A DNA stretch of 64,000 bases from Candidatus Omnitrophota bacterium (GCA_043815185.1 JBDRJF010000024.1:533-64532); one strand, 5' to 3'; numbered from the stretch's first letter, positions 8,761 through 19,619 are shown. Notes: generated by a model not told the origin, from the letters alone. A program made the numbers and translations.

Positions 8761-9565
8761 TCTTGGTTAATATAACTCCTCTAAAGTAACCGGAATAATC
8801 TTTAATCCATTCGACTATTTTATAAGAATCACTGTTGTGTATAAAATTATCTACCGGCCCCCTATGCTTATACCCTATTTCCATGATAAAGTATCCGCCG
8901 CTCTTTAAATAATCTTTAGCCTGTTTTAATATCTTATCAATAAAATATAAACCGTTTTTCCCAGCACTTAAAGCTACCTTGGGCTCAAAGGCCAAAGAAC
9001 CCTTAATATTTGCCTCCTCTACGTAAGGCGGATTAGAAATTATTAAATCAAAACTCTCCTGTTTAAATGCCCCCAGTAAATCTGCATTAACCAGCCGGAT
9101 ACTGGCATTGTTGAATTCGGCATTGCCTCTGGCCATTTTTGTGGCCGAGAAACTTATATCTGAGGCAAAAACAGATGTTTCTTGAAAAATCCTCTTTTTA
9201 ATACTTATCGCGATATTGCCTGAACCACACCCCAAATCTAAGATAGATTGCAAATTATTTTGATTAATAATATCGATTGCTTTTTCAACGATCAGTTCGG
9301 TTTCCGGCCGGGGAATTAAAACGTCGCTGTTCACTTTAAACTCTAAACCAAAAAACTCTTCCTTTCCTAGAATATAAGCTAAAGGCATACCGGTATCACA
9401 AAGCTCTTTTATTTCATTTAAATACTTTAAGCTCTGTGAATCTAGATAAATCTCCCTTTCGATTGCTGGCCAAGAATTTACTTTAAACACATTTTTAATA
9501 AGAAAACGTAAATCACACTCCCCAAACGTTTTCTTATTTACTTCAACCCAATCCTTTAGCTTCAT
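8753..9565 (-). CDS. prmC: Release-factor glutamine N5-methyltransferase
   Basis: 270 aa with LDLGCGSG (SAM motif I) and NPPY. It lies immediately downstream of prfA. Confidence 0.9.
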   Translation of the reverse strand: MKLKDWVEVNKKTFGECDLRFLIKNVFKVNSWPAIEREIYLDSQSLKYLNEIKELCDTGMPLAYILGKEEFFGLEFKVNSDVLIPRPETELIVEKAIDIINQNNLQSILDLGCGSGNIAISIKKRIFQETSVFASDISFSATKMARGNAEFNNASIRLVNADLLGAFKQESFDLIISNPPYVEEANIKGSLAFEPKVALSAGKNGLYFIDKILKQAKDYLKSGGYFIMEIGYKHRGPVDNFIHNSDSYKIVEWIKDYSGYFRGVILTKNG

Positions 9566-10613
9566 AATTTTTTTTTCTCTCTTCCTTGATAAGTTTGTCT
9601 ACGACTTCGTCGATATCTCCTTCCAAGATATCTTCTAAACGGTAGATAGTAAAATTTATTCTATGATCTGTAACCCTTCTCTCTGAGAAGTTATATGTCC
9701 TTATCTTCTCGCTCCGGTCTCCGGTTCCTACTTGAATACGCCGCTTTTGACTAATTTTATTAGCCTCATTTTCTAAAATCTTCTCCATAATCTTAGCTTT
9801 AATAACCCTCAAAGCTTTAGCTCTGTTTTTGATCTGGGAGCGCTCATCCTGACAGGTAACAACAGCACCTGTAGGCAAATGAGTCATCCTTACTGCAGAA
9901 TCAGTAACATTCACATGCTGGCCTCCCGCCCCTGAAGAACGAAAAGTGTCAACCTTTAAATCGTCAGGGTTAATATTTAACTCTACCTCTTTAGGCTCAA
10001 TCAACACGGCTACGGTAACTGTGGAGGTATGGATTCGGCCTCCAGACTCAGTAACCGGAACCCGTTGTACGCGATGCACGCCGCTTTCAAACTTCAAGTG
10101 TCCGTAAGCTCCTTTACCTCTTACCGAGAATACAACTTCTTTAAAACCGCCTACCTCTGTGGGGCTTGAGCTTAATACTTCTATTTTCCAGCTATTTCGT
10201 TCAGCATATTTAGAATACATTTTAAATAAAGTTGCTGCAAAAAGGGTAGATTCATCTCCGCCAGCTGCCGAACGTATTTCGATAATGATATCATGCTCGG
10301 GTTCATTCTCAGCAAAAACCTTATTTTCTATCTGCTGATTAATCGCCTCTATCTTAGTTTTCAGCGCACTTAATTCTTCCCCGGCTAAATTTCTCATCTC
10401 CTGGTCTTCGCTTAAATCAGAGATAACACTTCTCAATTGCTCTTGCGCTTTAAGGTATTCATCTTTTTGATCCAAAAGTTTAATTATCTTCTCAAGGTAA
10501 GCGAATCTCTTAGCAAGCTTTGCATACTTGTTTCGATCATTGAGAACCCCTTCCGAGGATAGTTGCTGGGAAATCTTAGCGTATTCTTCTTTAAGTTTTT
10601 CAGAATTAATCAT
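9543..10613 (-). CDS. prfA: Peptide chain release factor 1
   Basis: 356 aa with SGAGGQHVN (GGQ motif). The length and layout match RF1. Confidence 0.95.
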   Translation of the reverse strand: MINSEKLKEEYAKISQQLSSEGVLNDRNKYAKLAKRFAYLEKIIKLLDQKDEYLKAQEQLRSVISDLSEDQEMRNLAGEELSALKTKIEAINQQIENKVFAENEPEHDIIIEIRSAAGGDESTLFAATLFKMYSKYAERNSWKIEVLSSSPTEVGGFKEVVFSVRGKGAYGHLKFESGVHRVQRVPVTESGGRIHTSTVTVAVLIEPKEVELNINPDDLKVDTFRSSGAGGQHVNVTDSAVRMTHLPTGAVVTCQDERSQIKNRAKALRVIKAKIMEKILENEANKISQKRRIQVGTGDRSEKIRTYNFSERRVTDHRINFTIYRLEDILEGDIDEVVDKLIKEERKKNYEAKGLG

Positions 10614-10706
10614 AGTTCTTTTAGAACTTGATTACACAGATTTTGAAAAGATTGCACAGATTATTTTATTTTAATCGATGTAATCTTGTTTTAATCTAAG
10701 TAATCA

Positions 10707-10725
10707 AAGTTTCCGTAGGAAACTT
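10707..10725 (-). terminator. Weak hairpin overlapping the rpmE stop codon (possible terminator)
   Basis: 8-bp stem aagtttcc/ggaaactt with a 3-nt loop. The downstream U-tract is poor (uugauuacuu). Confidence 0.25.
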
Positions 10726-10927
10726 AGCTTTTTTTACTGTATTTCTTTAAAAACTTATCCACTCTTCCTTCAGAATCAACAAACTTCTGTTTTCCGGTGA
10801 AAAAAGGATGGCATTTAGAGCAGATTTCTACATTAATTGTCTTTTTTGTGGAACGTGTATGAACTACATTTCCACAAGCACACATAATTGTGGCTGCTTC
10901 ATACTTAGGATGTCCTTTCTTTTTCAT
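10724..10927 (-). CDS. rpmE: 50S ribosomal protein L31 (Cys-containing, Zn-ribbon type)
   Basis: 67 aa, MKKKGHPKY....C.CG........[12 protein letters not shown], which is the classic L31 pattern. Confidence 0.95.
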   Translation of the reverse strand: MKKKGHPKYEAATIMCACGNVVHTRSTKKTINVEICSKCHPFFTGKQKFVDSEGRVDKFLKKYSKKS

Positions 10928-11032
10928 CTCTTACCTCCTTATAGGATGTCTATAGTTTGTTATACTATCTTACCGCTTATTTCTTTTTTAAATCTTTATT
11001 ACTTAGCAATCCCAATAATTGATACACCCTTG

Positions 11033-11097
11033 CTGTTTAGGATTCGCCTAAACAGTAGCTTCTTCCGGGTTTTTTCTGTTTAGGCGAATCCTAAACA
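11033..11097. promoter_or_regulatory. Pair of self-complementary 22-23-bp palindromes that are also reverse complements of each other (rho-rpmE spacer)
   Basis: ctgtttagg-attcg-cctaaacag lies at 11033-11055 and ctgtttagg-cgaat-cctaaaca at 11076-11097. Each forms a 9-bp hairpin. The two arms can alternatively pair with each other over about 22 bp. Confidence 0.6.
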
Positions 11098-11152
11098 CAG
11101 TTTTCTTCGTTGCCAAGATTATATAGATGAAGAAACCTACCTAAATGTATTT

Positions 11153-11161
11153 ATTATATCA
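11153..11161 (-). promoter_or_regulatory. Extended -10 element TGATATAAT directly after the rho stop codon (candidate rpmE promoter)
   Basis: Plus-strand attatatca at 11153-11161. It would give a 5' UTR of about 220 nt containing the nested palindromes. Confidence 0.35.
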
Positions 11162-12463
11162 CTACTTATTAAGGGTAAGGAGAAATTCTACGTTGTTCTT
11201 AGTCTTGGATAATTTATCAATTAAAAGCTCTAAGGCCTCAGATGAGCTTAACTCATTTAAGGCTTTTCTCAATACCCATATCCGCTGAAGTTCGTCAGGA
11301 TGAATAAGCAGCTCTTCTCTGCGGGTGTTGGAGCGCTTTATATCAATAGAAGGATAGATCCGCTTCTGGAAAATACTCCGGTCAAGAGTAATTTCCATAT
11401 TACCGGTTCCCTTAAACTCCTCAAAAATAACATCATCCATGCGGGAACCAGTATCAACTAAACCAGTAGCAATTATAGTCAAAGAACCGCCTTCCTCTTG
11501 AGCCCTAGCTGCGCCAAAAAACCGTTTCGGTTTATGGAGAGCATTGGAGTCGATTCCTCCGGAAAGAATTCTTCCCGAATGAGGTTCGACAAGGTTATAG
11601 GCGCGGGCTAAACGAGTAATACTATCTAAGAGTATAACTACATCTTTCTTATGTTCTACTAACTTCTTAGCCTTTTCCAAAACCATCTCCGCTACCTGAA
11701 CATGGCGTTGAGCCGGCTCATCAAAGGTAGAACTAATTACCTCTCCTCTCACCGTATTTTTCATCTCGGTAACTTCTTCAGGCCGCTCGTCAATAAGTAA
11801 AACCATGAAGATAACTTCCGGATAGTTGGTTGTTATGGCATTAGCCACCTTTTGCAAAAGCACTGTCTTGCCGCTATAAGGCGGAGCAACTATCAAACCG
11901 CGCTGCCCTTTACCAATCGGGCAAAGAAGATCAAGTATCCGCGTAGATGGCTCATCAGTAATGGTTTCCAAGATAAACCGCTCTTTAGGATAAATAGGGG
12001 TTAAGTTATCAAAAAGAATCCTATTTCTTGACTCCTCGGGATGTTCAAAATTAACCGCCTCGACCTTAAGTAACGCAAAATACTTCTCATTGTCCTTAGG
12101 CGGCCTTATCTGACCGCTAACCGTATCTCCGGTACGCAGAGAAAATTTTCGAATCTGAGATGGAGAAACGTAAATATCATCAGGTGAGGGTAAGTAATTA
12201 TAATTACTTGACCTCAAAAATCCAAACCCTTCAGAAAGAACTTCCAAGACACCGTCGCCGAACATAAACCCTTTTTTTTCAGCCTGGGCTTGTAAAATCT
12301 TAAAAATAAGGTCTTGTTTCTTTAATCCACTCACCCCATTAATTTTAAGGTCCCGAGACATCCTGTTCAGCTCTGATATCTTCATCCCCTTCAGGGTTCC
12401 GATATCAACGCTATCATCCAGCACTACCGGCTTACTTTTTGATTTTACTTTATTCTTTTCCAT
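11162..12463 (-). CDS. rho: Transcription termination factor Rho
   Basis: 433 aa with Rho_N ([11 protein letters not shown]), an RNA-binding CSD-like region, Walker A (PPYSGKT) and RecA-like core motifs. Confidence 0.95.
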   Translation of the reverse strand: MEKNKVKSKSKPVVLDDSVDIGTLKGMKISELNRMSRDLKINGVSGLKKQDLIFKILQAQAEKKGFMFGDGVLEVLSEGFGFLRSSNYNYLPSPDDIYVSPSQIRKFSLRTGDTVSGQIRPPKDNEKYFALLKVEAVNFEHPEESRNRILFDNLTPIYPKERFILETITDEPSTRILDLLCPIGKGQRGLIVAPPYSGKTVLLQKVANAITTNYPEVIFMVLLIDERPEEVTEMKNTVRGEVISSTFDEPAQRHVQVAEMVLEKAKKLVEHKKDVVILLDSITRLARAYNLVEPHSGRILSGGIDSNALHKPKRFFGAARAQEEGGSLTIIATGLVDTGSRMDDVIFEEFKGTGNMEITLDRSIFQKRIYPSIDIKRSNTRREELLIHPDELQRIWVLRKALNELSSSEALELLIDKLSKTKNNVEFLLTLNK

Positions 12464-13029
12464 AATAAATCAACCTCCTTTTTTAATCGTTTTAAATTTG
12501 AACTGTTATCAATAACAAAATCTGATCCTTTTATTTTTTCTCTAATAGGCCTATATAAAGACAGTCTATCGATGGTTTCTTTCTTGCTAAAACCGTATTT
12601 TTTGATAATCCGCTGGATTAAGACCGGACGTTTTACTGCCACTAAAATTATCTTTTCAAAATAACCGGTTATTTTTTTCTCAAAAAGAAGTGGAATTTCA
12701 GCAACATAAATTTTACCCTCTACCCGGTTAAGCTTTGCCCAGCTTAATAAATCTTTGATCACTACCGGGTGGACTATTTGTTCCAGCTTCTTTAGTTTAA
12801 ACTTATCGGAGAAAACAACAGCTGCAAGTATTTTGCGTGAAATCACACCAGCCTTAAGGCATTCAGGAAATGCAGCTGCTATTTTTCTATAAACTAAACT
12901 CCTTTTATTCCGATAGTAGTAATGAATTTCCTTGTCCGTATCAAATACTATAGCTCCCTTGTTCTTAAAAAACCTAAGGATTGTGCTCTTACCGCTAGCT
13001 AAATTACCAGTTAAGGCTATCAATGGCAT
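12445..13029 (-). CDS. coaE: Dephospho-CoA kinase
   Basis: 194 aa with P-loop GNLASGKST at the N-terminus. Length and pattern match CoaE. Confidence 0.88.
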   Translation of the reverse strand: MPLIALTGNLASGKSTILRFFKNKGAIVFDTDKEIHYYYRNKRSLVYRKIAAAFPECLKAGVISRKILAAVVFSDKFKLKKLEQIVHPVVIKDLLSWAKLNRVEGKIYVAEIPLLFEKKITGYFEKIILVAVKRPVLIQRIIKKYGFSKKETIDRLSLYRPIREKIKGSDFVIDNSSNLKRLKKEVDLLWKRIK

Positions 13030-13031
13030 GT

Positions 13032-14414
13032 TTACTTCCTTATTAAGTCTTTATATGCCTCGATATATTTCGCAGCCGCTGCTTGCCAGGAAAAGTTATA
13101 TTGAGTTACTTTCTTGGCAATACCCTTCCAGGCCTTTCTTTGATTAAACAACTTTTGCACTTTTTCTACTGCTAATATTAAATCTAAAGCTCGATACTTA
13201 TTAAATACGAATCCTCCACCGCCGGCAGAAATATCAATAACTGTATCCACTAATCCTCCGGTATGATGGACTAAGGGCAAGGTAGCATACTTATAGCTAA
13301 TCATCTGAGAAAGTCCGCAAGGCTCAAACCTTGAAGGTAACAAAAATACATCTACTCCGGCATATATCTTGTGGGCCAAAGCCTCATCAAATTTCAGTTC
13401 TAGGAAAAAAGAACCTTTAAACTTAATTGCCTTTTTCTTTAAAATCTGATGATATCTCGGCTCACCCACGCCTAAGATAACTACTTGGTATTTCTCTAAA
13501 ATGCTATCTAAAGCTTTTGATAGGATATCAATGCCTTTTTGCTCAGCTAAACGGCTAACCATCCCCATAAGCAGAATATTTTTATCCTCTTTCAAGCCTA
13601 GCTCTTTCTGTAAATTAATTTTATTTACCGCTTTGGCTTCAAAGGTGCTTGCTGAATATTGCTTATATATAAATTCATCTGTCTCAGGGTTCCAAATAGT
13701 ATAATCAATGGCATTAAGAATTCCGCGTAAATTCTCTCCTTTTGCTTTCAAGATTCCCTCCAGGCCGCAACCATATTGAGAAGTTTTTATTTGTTTAGCA
13801 TAAGTAGGGCTTACTGTGGTTACCAAGTCCGAAAAAACAATACCCCCTTTAAGCAGATTTATCTTGCCATGAAATTCAAGATAATCCTTATGGAAAAAAG
13901 CTTGAGAAATACCCAAAGAAGAAAACTTGCCTTTAGGAGATAGCCCCTGATAAGCAAGATTATGAATGGTTAAGATACACTTTGTGTCTTTGAAAAAAAC
14001 GTCACCCTTATAAAACGTTTTAAGATAAACGTTTATCAGGGATGTCTGCCAATCATTACAGTGGATAATATCGGGGCAAAAATCTATTCTTTTCAAAACT
14101 TCCAGTACCTGCTTGCTAAAGAAAGAAAACCGTTCTAAGCTATCGGGATAATCATGCCCGTCTTCAGCAACATAGATGGAATCGCGTAAGAAGTACTGGT
14201 CACCTTTAATGAAAAAAGTTTCAATCTGGTTTTGCTTAGTAACCCCAAAACCTTCATGCATCTCTTTAGGCTCTATACCCTTATAAAGCGGCATAAACAC
14301 CTTTACCTGAACTCCGGCTTTAACTAATGCCTGGGGAAGGGCAGCGCTTACATCACCAAGTCCACCGGTTTTAGCATAGGGAAATACTTCTGAAGAACAA
14401 AAGGCTACTTTCAT
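13032..14414 (-). CDS. glgA: Glycogen/starch synthase (GT5)
   Basis: MKVAFCSSEVFPYAKTGGLGDV is the canonical GlgA N-terminus. I place the start at ATG 14414..14412, preceded by GGGGAGGT, not at the track's upstream start. This ATG overlaps the polA TGA as ATGA. Confidence 0.9.
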   Translation of the reverse strand: MKVAFCSSEVFPYAKTGGLGDVSAALPQALVKAGVQVKVFMPLYKGIEPKEMHEGFGVTKQNQIETFFIKGDQYFLRDSIYVAEDGHDYPDSLERFSFFSKQVLEVLKRIDFCPDIIHCNDWQTSLINVYLKTFYKGDVFFKDTKCILTIHNLAYQGLSPKGKFSSLGISQAFFHKDYLEFHGKINLLKGGIVFSDLVTTVSPTYAKQIKTSQYGCGLEGILKAKGENLRGILNAIDYTIWNPETDEFIYKQYSASTFEAKAVNKINLQKELGLKEDKNILLMGMVSRLAEQKGIDILSKALDSILEKYQVVILGVGEPRYHQILKKKAIKFKGSFFLELKFDEALAHKIYAGVDVFLLPSRFEPCGLSQMISYKYATLPLVHHTGGLVDTVIDISAGGGGFVFNKYRALDLILAVEKVQKLFNQRKAWKGIAKKVTQYNFSWQAAAAKYIEAYKDLIRK

Positions 14415-16948
14415 TTTACCTCCCCGGTGGGGGGTAGACAGGACAAAGCAGGTTTCATCTGGCCCCAATTTTCGCCGGCCTTTAAATTGACCTTGATTGG
14501 AACCATTAAACTCAAAGCCTCCTCCATGTGTTTTTTAATAAAAACCTTCACTATCTCTAACTCATCACCAGCTACGTCAAAGATAAGCTCGTCGTGGATT
14601 TGCATTATCAACTTTGTCTTTAGGCCTCTTTTGGCCAGTTCCTTATCTATTCGCACCATAGCAACTTTAATCAGGTCAGCACATGACCCCTGGATCGGAG
14701 CATTTACCGCCTGACGCCGAGCGAATTCTCTTAATTGAAGATTGGAACTATTTATATCGGGAAGTTTTCTTCTCCGGCCTAAGATTGTAGTAACAAATTC
14801 CTTCTTTTCTACCTGAGCATAGATTTTATTTATATACTCTTTGACTTTAGGATAACGTTTAAAGTAATCATCAATAAAGTTCTGGGCTTCAACAGCTGTA
14901 ATATTTAACTCTTTAGAAAGTCCGTATGAACTCATCCCGTAAACAATACCAAAATTCACTCTTTTGGCTATATTGCGTTGAAAGTCACTTACCTCTTCCG
15001 TTTCTACCCCGAAAAGGAGCGAAGCAGTAAAGTTATGAATATCTAGATTCTGCTTAAAAGCGCGAATTAAGTTTTCATCACCGGATAAAGAGGCTAAAAT
15101 TCTTAATTCAATCTGGGAGTAATCTCCGGAAAGAATACACCCCTCTTGAGAAGAAGGAACAAAAGCCTTTCTTAAACTCTGTGCGAATTCACCCTTGACG
15201 GGAATGCTTTGCAAATTAGGAGCAGAATTTGAGAGCCTGCCGGTTTGCGTTCCAGTCTGATTAAATTGAGCATGTAAGAAACCTTTATTTTCCGCTACCT
15301 GTTGGCTTAAAGGAATAATATATGTAGTTCTTAATTTATTTAGGTACCGGTATTCCAAAAGCAATCCAGCTATAGGATATTGGACGGATAATTTATCCAA
15401 AACCTCCTCATTAGTAGAATACCCTGTCTTTGTCTTCTTCAGGGGCGGTATTTTCAGCTGATCAAAGAGTATGGCTGAAAGTTGTTTGGGAGAATTCAAA
15501 TTAAACTCTTTGCCGGCGGCCTTGAAAATTTCGCTCTTAAGACCATCTCCTTTACTATCTACTGCCGTTAGTAAATCATCCAGAGTCTTGGCATTAATCT
15601 TTACTCCTTGATTTTGCATTTTGCTGAGTATAGAAACTATGGGCATCTCAACCTCAAAGAAAAGCTTGTCAAGACCTTGTTCTTTTAATTGAACCGATAA
15701 CAACCGATAAAGCTGATAAACAAAGTAAGGCGTAACCTCTGCCGGTATTTCTGCAAAGTGCTCACCAAGATAATGTGAGACTAAAGTAGAGAGGCTGTAG
15801 TCAGGGAGCGCTGAATCAAGCAGGTAGGCTGCAATCTTCACATCAAACCAGACCCCTTTTATTTCTAAACCCGGGGCCTCTGAAAACTGACTCTTGAAAT
15901 CATAAGATATCTTCTCTATTAACTCATCCTCCAATATCGTTTTTAATGCTGAATTCGCGACTCTATATATCTCTTTCTTAGGCTTACTAAAAAGATAAAA
16001 CTCTTCAGCTTGACTAAATAATACCAGGTTTTCTTTAGCTAAAGACTCCAAACCCTTCTTGGTAATACCGGTTTTTACCTTTAAATCTAAATTTAAAGAG
16101 GAAGTTGGTAGATCCTTAGGAAAAATCTTAAATTCCAGCTTCCGAAACATCTCGTATAGCTTTCCCAAATCCGGGTCTTTCTTCTTTAAATCCTGACAGT
16201 TTAAATCTACCTGGGGTTGAGCTAATTCTACTAGCTCTCTGCTCAAAAGAATAGCAGCTTTGCTCTCAATTAATATATGCTGGACCTTCTGAGGTAATTT
16301 GTTCAAATTTTTGAAAATGTTTTTTATTTTACCAAACTCTTTTATTAGTTTAGCGGCACCTACCTTACCTATTCCCCTTGCACCAGGGATATTATCGGTA
16401 CTATCCCCGGCTAAAGAAAGATAATCAATCATAAGTTTAGGTTCAAAACCATACTCTTTTAAAAAATCATCTTTGCCGATAAACTTATCCTTATTGTAGT
16501 TATAAACCTGAACCCTATCTGAATCTATGAGTTGATAAAAATCTTTATCCGAGCTGGCTATAACCACTGATAAATGATTCTTTAATGCTTTATTACACAA
16601 AGAAGCAATTAAATCATCAGCCTCGAATCCCTCTTGCTCTATTATTCTTATCCCTAGGAACGAAATCATCTTTTTAACCAAGGGAATTTGAGCTTTCAAC
16701 TCATCAGGTAATGCCGGCCGATTAATCTTATACTCTTTAAACTTCTCCTGTCGAAAAGTCTTACGTGAAACATCAAAACACACCCCCATATAAAAAGGGT
16801 TATGCTTTGTAATAAGCTTCTTCAGCGTCAAATAAACTCCATACACCGCTCCGGTAGGTATACCGGATGATGTAGAAAGTTTTAAGGCAAAGAAAGAACG
16901 GTAGCAGAGGGAAGTACCATCAATCAAATATACTATTTTTTTGGACAT
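14411..16948 (-). CDS. polA: DNA polymerase I
   Basis: 845 aa with a 5'-nuclease N-terminus (IDGTSLCYRSFFA). Pol motifs are A DYSQIELRILA, B RNIAKRVNFGIVYG and C QIHDELIF. Confidence 0.95.
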   Translation of the reverse strand: MSKKIVYLIDGTSLCYRSFFALKLSTSSGIPTGAVYGVYLTLKKLITKHNPFYMGVCFDVSRKTFRQEKFKEYKINRPALPDELKAQIPLVKKMISFLGIRIIEQEGFEADDLIASLCNKALKNHLSVVIASSDKDFYQLIDSDRVQVYNYNKDKFIGKDDFLKEYGFEPKLMIDYLSLAGDSTDNIPGARGIGKVGAAKLIKEFGKIKNIFKNLNKLPQKVQHILIESKAAILLSRELVELAQPQVDLNCQDLKKKDPDLGKLYEMFRKLEFKIFPKDLPTSSLNLDLKVKTGITKKGLESLAKENLVLFSQAEEFYLFSKPKKEIYRVANSALKTILEDELIEKISYDFKSQFSEAPGLEIKGVWFDVKIAAYLLDSALPDYSLSTLVSHYLGEHFAEIPAEVTPYFVYQLYRLLSVQLKEQGLDKLFFEVEMPIVSILSKMQNQGVKINAKTLDDLLTAVDSKGDGLKSEIFKAAGKEFNLNSPKQLSAILFDQLKIPPLKKTKTGYSTNEEVLDKLSVQYPIAGLLLEYRYLNKLRTTYIIPLSQQVAENKGFLHAQFNQTGTQTGRLSNSAPNLQSIPVKGEFAQSLRKAFVPSSQEGCILSGDYSQIELRILASLSGDENLIRAFKQNLDIHNFTASLLFGVETEEVSDFQRNIAKRVNFGIVYGMSSYGLSKELNITAVEAQNFIDDYFKRYPKVKEYINKIYAQVEKKEFVTTILGRRRKLPDINSSNLQLREFARRQAVNAPIQGSCADLIKVAMVRIDKELAKRGLKTKLIMQIHDELIFDVAGDELEIVKVFIKKHMEEALSLMVPIKVNLKAGENWGQMKPALSCLPPTGEVK

Positions 16949-16991
16949 AGAGATTTAGAAAATTATAGGTTAAATGGCTGGTAAAAATACC

Positions 16992-17828
16992 TTATTTTTC
17001 TTGGGTAATAAGCGAAATAGCTTTCAGAGCGTCTCCGAGTTTGTTTTGTGCAGATAAATAATCTTCTTTATCTATGTAATCTAAAGCATTTTTGGCGCTG
17101 GTAAAGGTCTGTTGCCTTAAAAAGAGTCTTCTTGCTTGTTTATAAAGACTTAGAGTTTTGTTTAACAACTGATCATCAGAAGGATTTATTAAAAATACTG
17201 TTCCAAACTCCTTTACCGCGGCTTTATAATCTTTTTCTCTAAAGGCCTTATTGCCAATACGAAAATGAAGCTTTGCGTCTTTTATTGACTTTAAGCTTTC
17301 CTCTTTATTCTTTCTAATAATCTCATTAGACAATATTGCTGCTTTTTTCTCTATTATTCTCTTCCTAACTTCAGGAAAGGTCCCTAATTTGAGAAGATGT
17401 TGACTTGAAACCTCCCGCCAGTAATCCCCTTCTCGGCCTAATTCATATCGTTTCTGCCAATAACGAGTAGCGTTATCTATATCGCCTCTCTTCTCGTAGA
17501 TAAATGCTACATTAGTGTATGCCGGTAAATATTCCGGGTCTACCTTTAAGGCTTTTTGATATGCTTCTAAGGCCTTATCATTTTCACCAAGAGTCTCATA
17601 AATAACTCCTATATCATTATAGGCTTGAGCAAATTTAGGGTCTAGCTGAACAGCCTTCTGATAGTAACTTAAAGCACCCTTTAGGTCACCTATAGACTGA
17701 GCCCTCTGGCCTTCTTCCCGATAGTCTACAGCAGTCTCTTTAGTGAGAGGTTCGGCTAGGGAAAAAAGCAAGGGAAAGACGCACAGGAAGATTACAAGGA
17801 AGATCCTCATCGACTTTAACGATATCAT
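16992..17828 (-). CDS. Secreted TPR-repeat protein
   Basis: 278 aa with an N-terminal signal-like hydrophobic segment and several A..Y..AL..DP TPR units. Confidence 0.8.
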   Translation of the reverse strand: MISLKSMRIFLVIFLCVFPLLFSLAEPLTKETAVDYREEGQRAQSIGDLKGALSYYQKAVQLDPKFAQAYNDIGVIYETLGENDKALEAYQKALKVDPEYLPAYTNVAFIYEKRGDIDNATRYWQKRYELGREGDYWREVSSQHLLKLGTFPEVRKRIIEKKAAILSNEIIRKNKEESLKSIKDAKLHFRIGNKAFREKDYKAAVKEFGTVFLINPSDDQLLNKTLSLYKQARRLFLRQQTFTSAKNALDYIDKEDYLSAQNKLGDALKAISLITQEK

Positions 17829-17926
17829 AAATAAGCAGTTATGTCAAGAAAATTCCCTTATTCCTTGAGGTAAATATGCTCTATTTCCGAAAAAGCACCG
17901 CCGTAAATAGCCGGGTAAAGATTGCC
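17796..17926. repeat. Direct repeat copy A (about 131 bp) flanking the radical SAM insertion
   Basis: It aligns by eye to 19732-19861 with about 9 mismatches and 1 indel. It contains the real 5' end of the TPR gene plus a dead copy of the last 22 codons of the binding-protein gene. Confidence 0.85.
17858..17926 (-). pseudogene. Orphan 3'-terminal fragment of the ABC substrate-binding protein gene
   Basis: It encodes GNLYPAIYGGAFSEIEHIYLKE*, compared with the intact C-terminus GNLYPTIYGGAFSEIEHIYLKE* at 19793-19861. No upstream coding continuation exists. Confidence 0.8.
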
Positions 17927-18044
17927 AAAAAGATGAAACTCTATTATGGGAGATGTGTCTAATTTCTTAAATTTAGTGATACGGTCGGCTAGCTGTTCAC
18001 GACGCAGTGGCGCCGCCTTCATTCCTTATTTGAATACTTTCTTA

Positions 18045-19619
18045 TTATTTCTTTCCATTATTTTTTTTCACTTTGATTATGAAGCCCAACGGCCCTCCAT
18101 CATGGAGGCTGCTTTTATAACGAAGCATTGAAACAATTTTAGACACCACGGCCTTTTCCATGCGAGGATTTAGCTCATATGCCAGGTGTGAAAACTTGCA
18201 TAAAACGTATATTACCCACCTTTTAATTGGCGAACGATGAAGAGAGAGAAGATTTCTTTTTCCGATTAAAAAAGCCATTTCTTTTACCTTTTTTTTGTAG
18301 CTCTTTTTATACTTGAAAAAGATATCTTCCCAAACATATGTGTCATCATATAGATGGCGTTGGTAAAAAGTACTATGCTTATATGGATCTTTAGCGTTTT
18401 GATGAATTTGTATTCCGTAATCTTGGCACTCATCCCTTAACCACCATTCATTAAAACCGTATTCGTCTTTATACATTCTATAAATGTCGCTACCCGGATA
18501 TGGCACAAGTGAACCCGAACCTTGGTAGATATGAACTTGGTTGAAATGTTTGCGGATATATTTAATATTGTTATTGACTGCGGACTCGTTTTCCCACGGA
18601 AACCCCGTCATCAAATTAACATAAACGCGAAAACCGGCATCCCGCGCATAATCAACTGCCTTATGGGCCTGTTCTAACGTAATACCTTTACGGACCCTTT
18701 TAAGCGTTTCGGGATCGGCGCTTTCAATTCCGTAGCCCATCATGTAACAACCGGCTTTTTTCATCAGCGCAAATAATTTAGGATCCGCCATATTGGCGCG
18801 CGTAGCACAATTCCATATTATGTTAAGCTTACTTTCTATTAAGGCTTCACAAAAATCTTGGACATACTTTTTACTGGCGGTGAATGTATCGTCTGCGATT
18901 ACGAAAGATCCTACATTATACTTTTCTTTACGTTTTTTTATTTCTCTGATAATGTTTTCGATCGGTACATATCTGATTCTCTGCCCGAAAATTGCGCGAT
19001 CGCAAAAAGTGCAGCTCGCAGGACATCCTCTAGAACAATAAATCCTATGAAGGCCCTTTAACAAGCCGCTGGAAAGACGGAAGCGTTCGTGATCAAAACA
19101 CGTAAAATCAGGTTCGGGTAAATGTGCGAGGTCCGATATATATTCCCGTCCGCTATTATGATATATTTTCCCGTCCGGGCCCCTAAAACTAATCCCTTTG
19201 ATTGATTCTAAGGATAGATCTTTTTTACCATTCCAGTAATCGCATAATTCTGCGAGCGTTAACTCGCCTTCGTTGCGGACTATAATATCAACTCCATTTT
19301 CCAATACCTCTTCTGGATATGAGGTGGGATGTGCTCCTCCTGCAATTATTTTTATGCCTAATTTTTTAATTTTAGCGATTGTTTCATAAATACTCTGAAT
19401 GTGAAAAGTTGTAATATTAAAACCAACAAACGACGGTTTGTAGTCTTCTGCGATTCTTACAAAATCGTTGCTTTCTAAAAAATTATTAAATGTGTTGACC
19501 ACTGCCTTTACATCGTATCCCTTCTGTCTGAGAACAGCAGAAAGATATGCAAACGCTATTGGCATTTCAGATATAGGGTTAGGAAAAATTAAAAGGCCTT
19601 TTTTATCTGCTTTCAGCAC
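18045..19619 (-). CDS. B12-binding-domain radical SAM protein (class B-like)
   Basis: 524 aa with GTG start and AAGGAG SD. It has an N-terminal Rossmann-like B12-binding region and the CPASCTFC CX3CX2C motif. Confidence 0.85.
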   Translation of the reverse strand: MLKADKKGLLIFPNPISEMPIAFAYLSAVLRQKGYDVKAVVNTFNNFLESNDFVRIAEDYKPSFVGFNITTFHIQSIYETIAKIKKLGIKIIAGGAHPTSYPEEVLENGVDIIVRNEGELTLAELCDYWNGKKDLSLESIKGISFRGPDGKIYHNSGREYISDLAHLPEPDFTCFDHERFRLSSGLLKGLHRIYCSRGCPASCTFCDRAIFGQRIRYVPIENIIREIKKRKEKYNVGSFVIADDTFTASKKYVQDFCEALIESKLNIIWNCATRANMADPKLFALMKKAGCYMMGYGIESADPETLKRVRKGITLEQAHKAVDYARDAGFRVYVNLMTGFPWENESAVNNNIKYIRKHFNQVHIYQGSGSLVPYPGSDIYRMYKDEYGFNEWWLRDECQDYGIQIHQNAKDPYKHSTFYQRHLYDDTYVWEDIFFKYKKSYKKKVKEMAFLIGKRNLLSLHRSPIKRWVIYVLCKFSHLAYELNPRMEKAVVSKIVSMLRYKSSLHDGGPLGFIIKVKKNNGKK

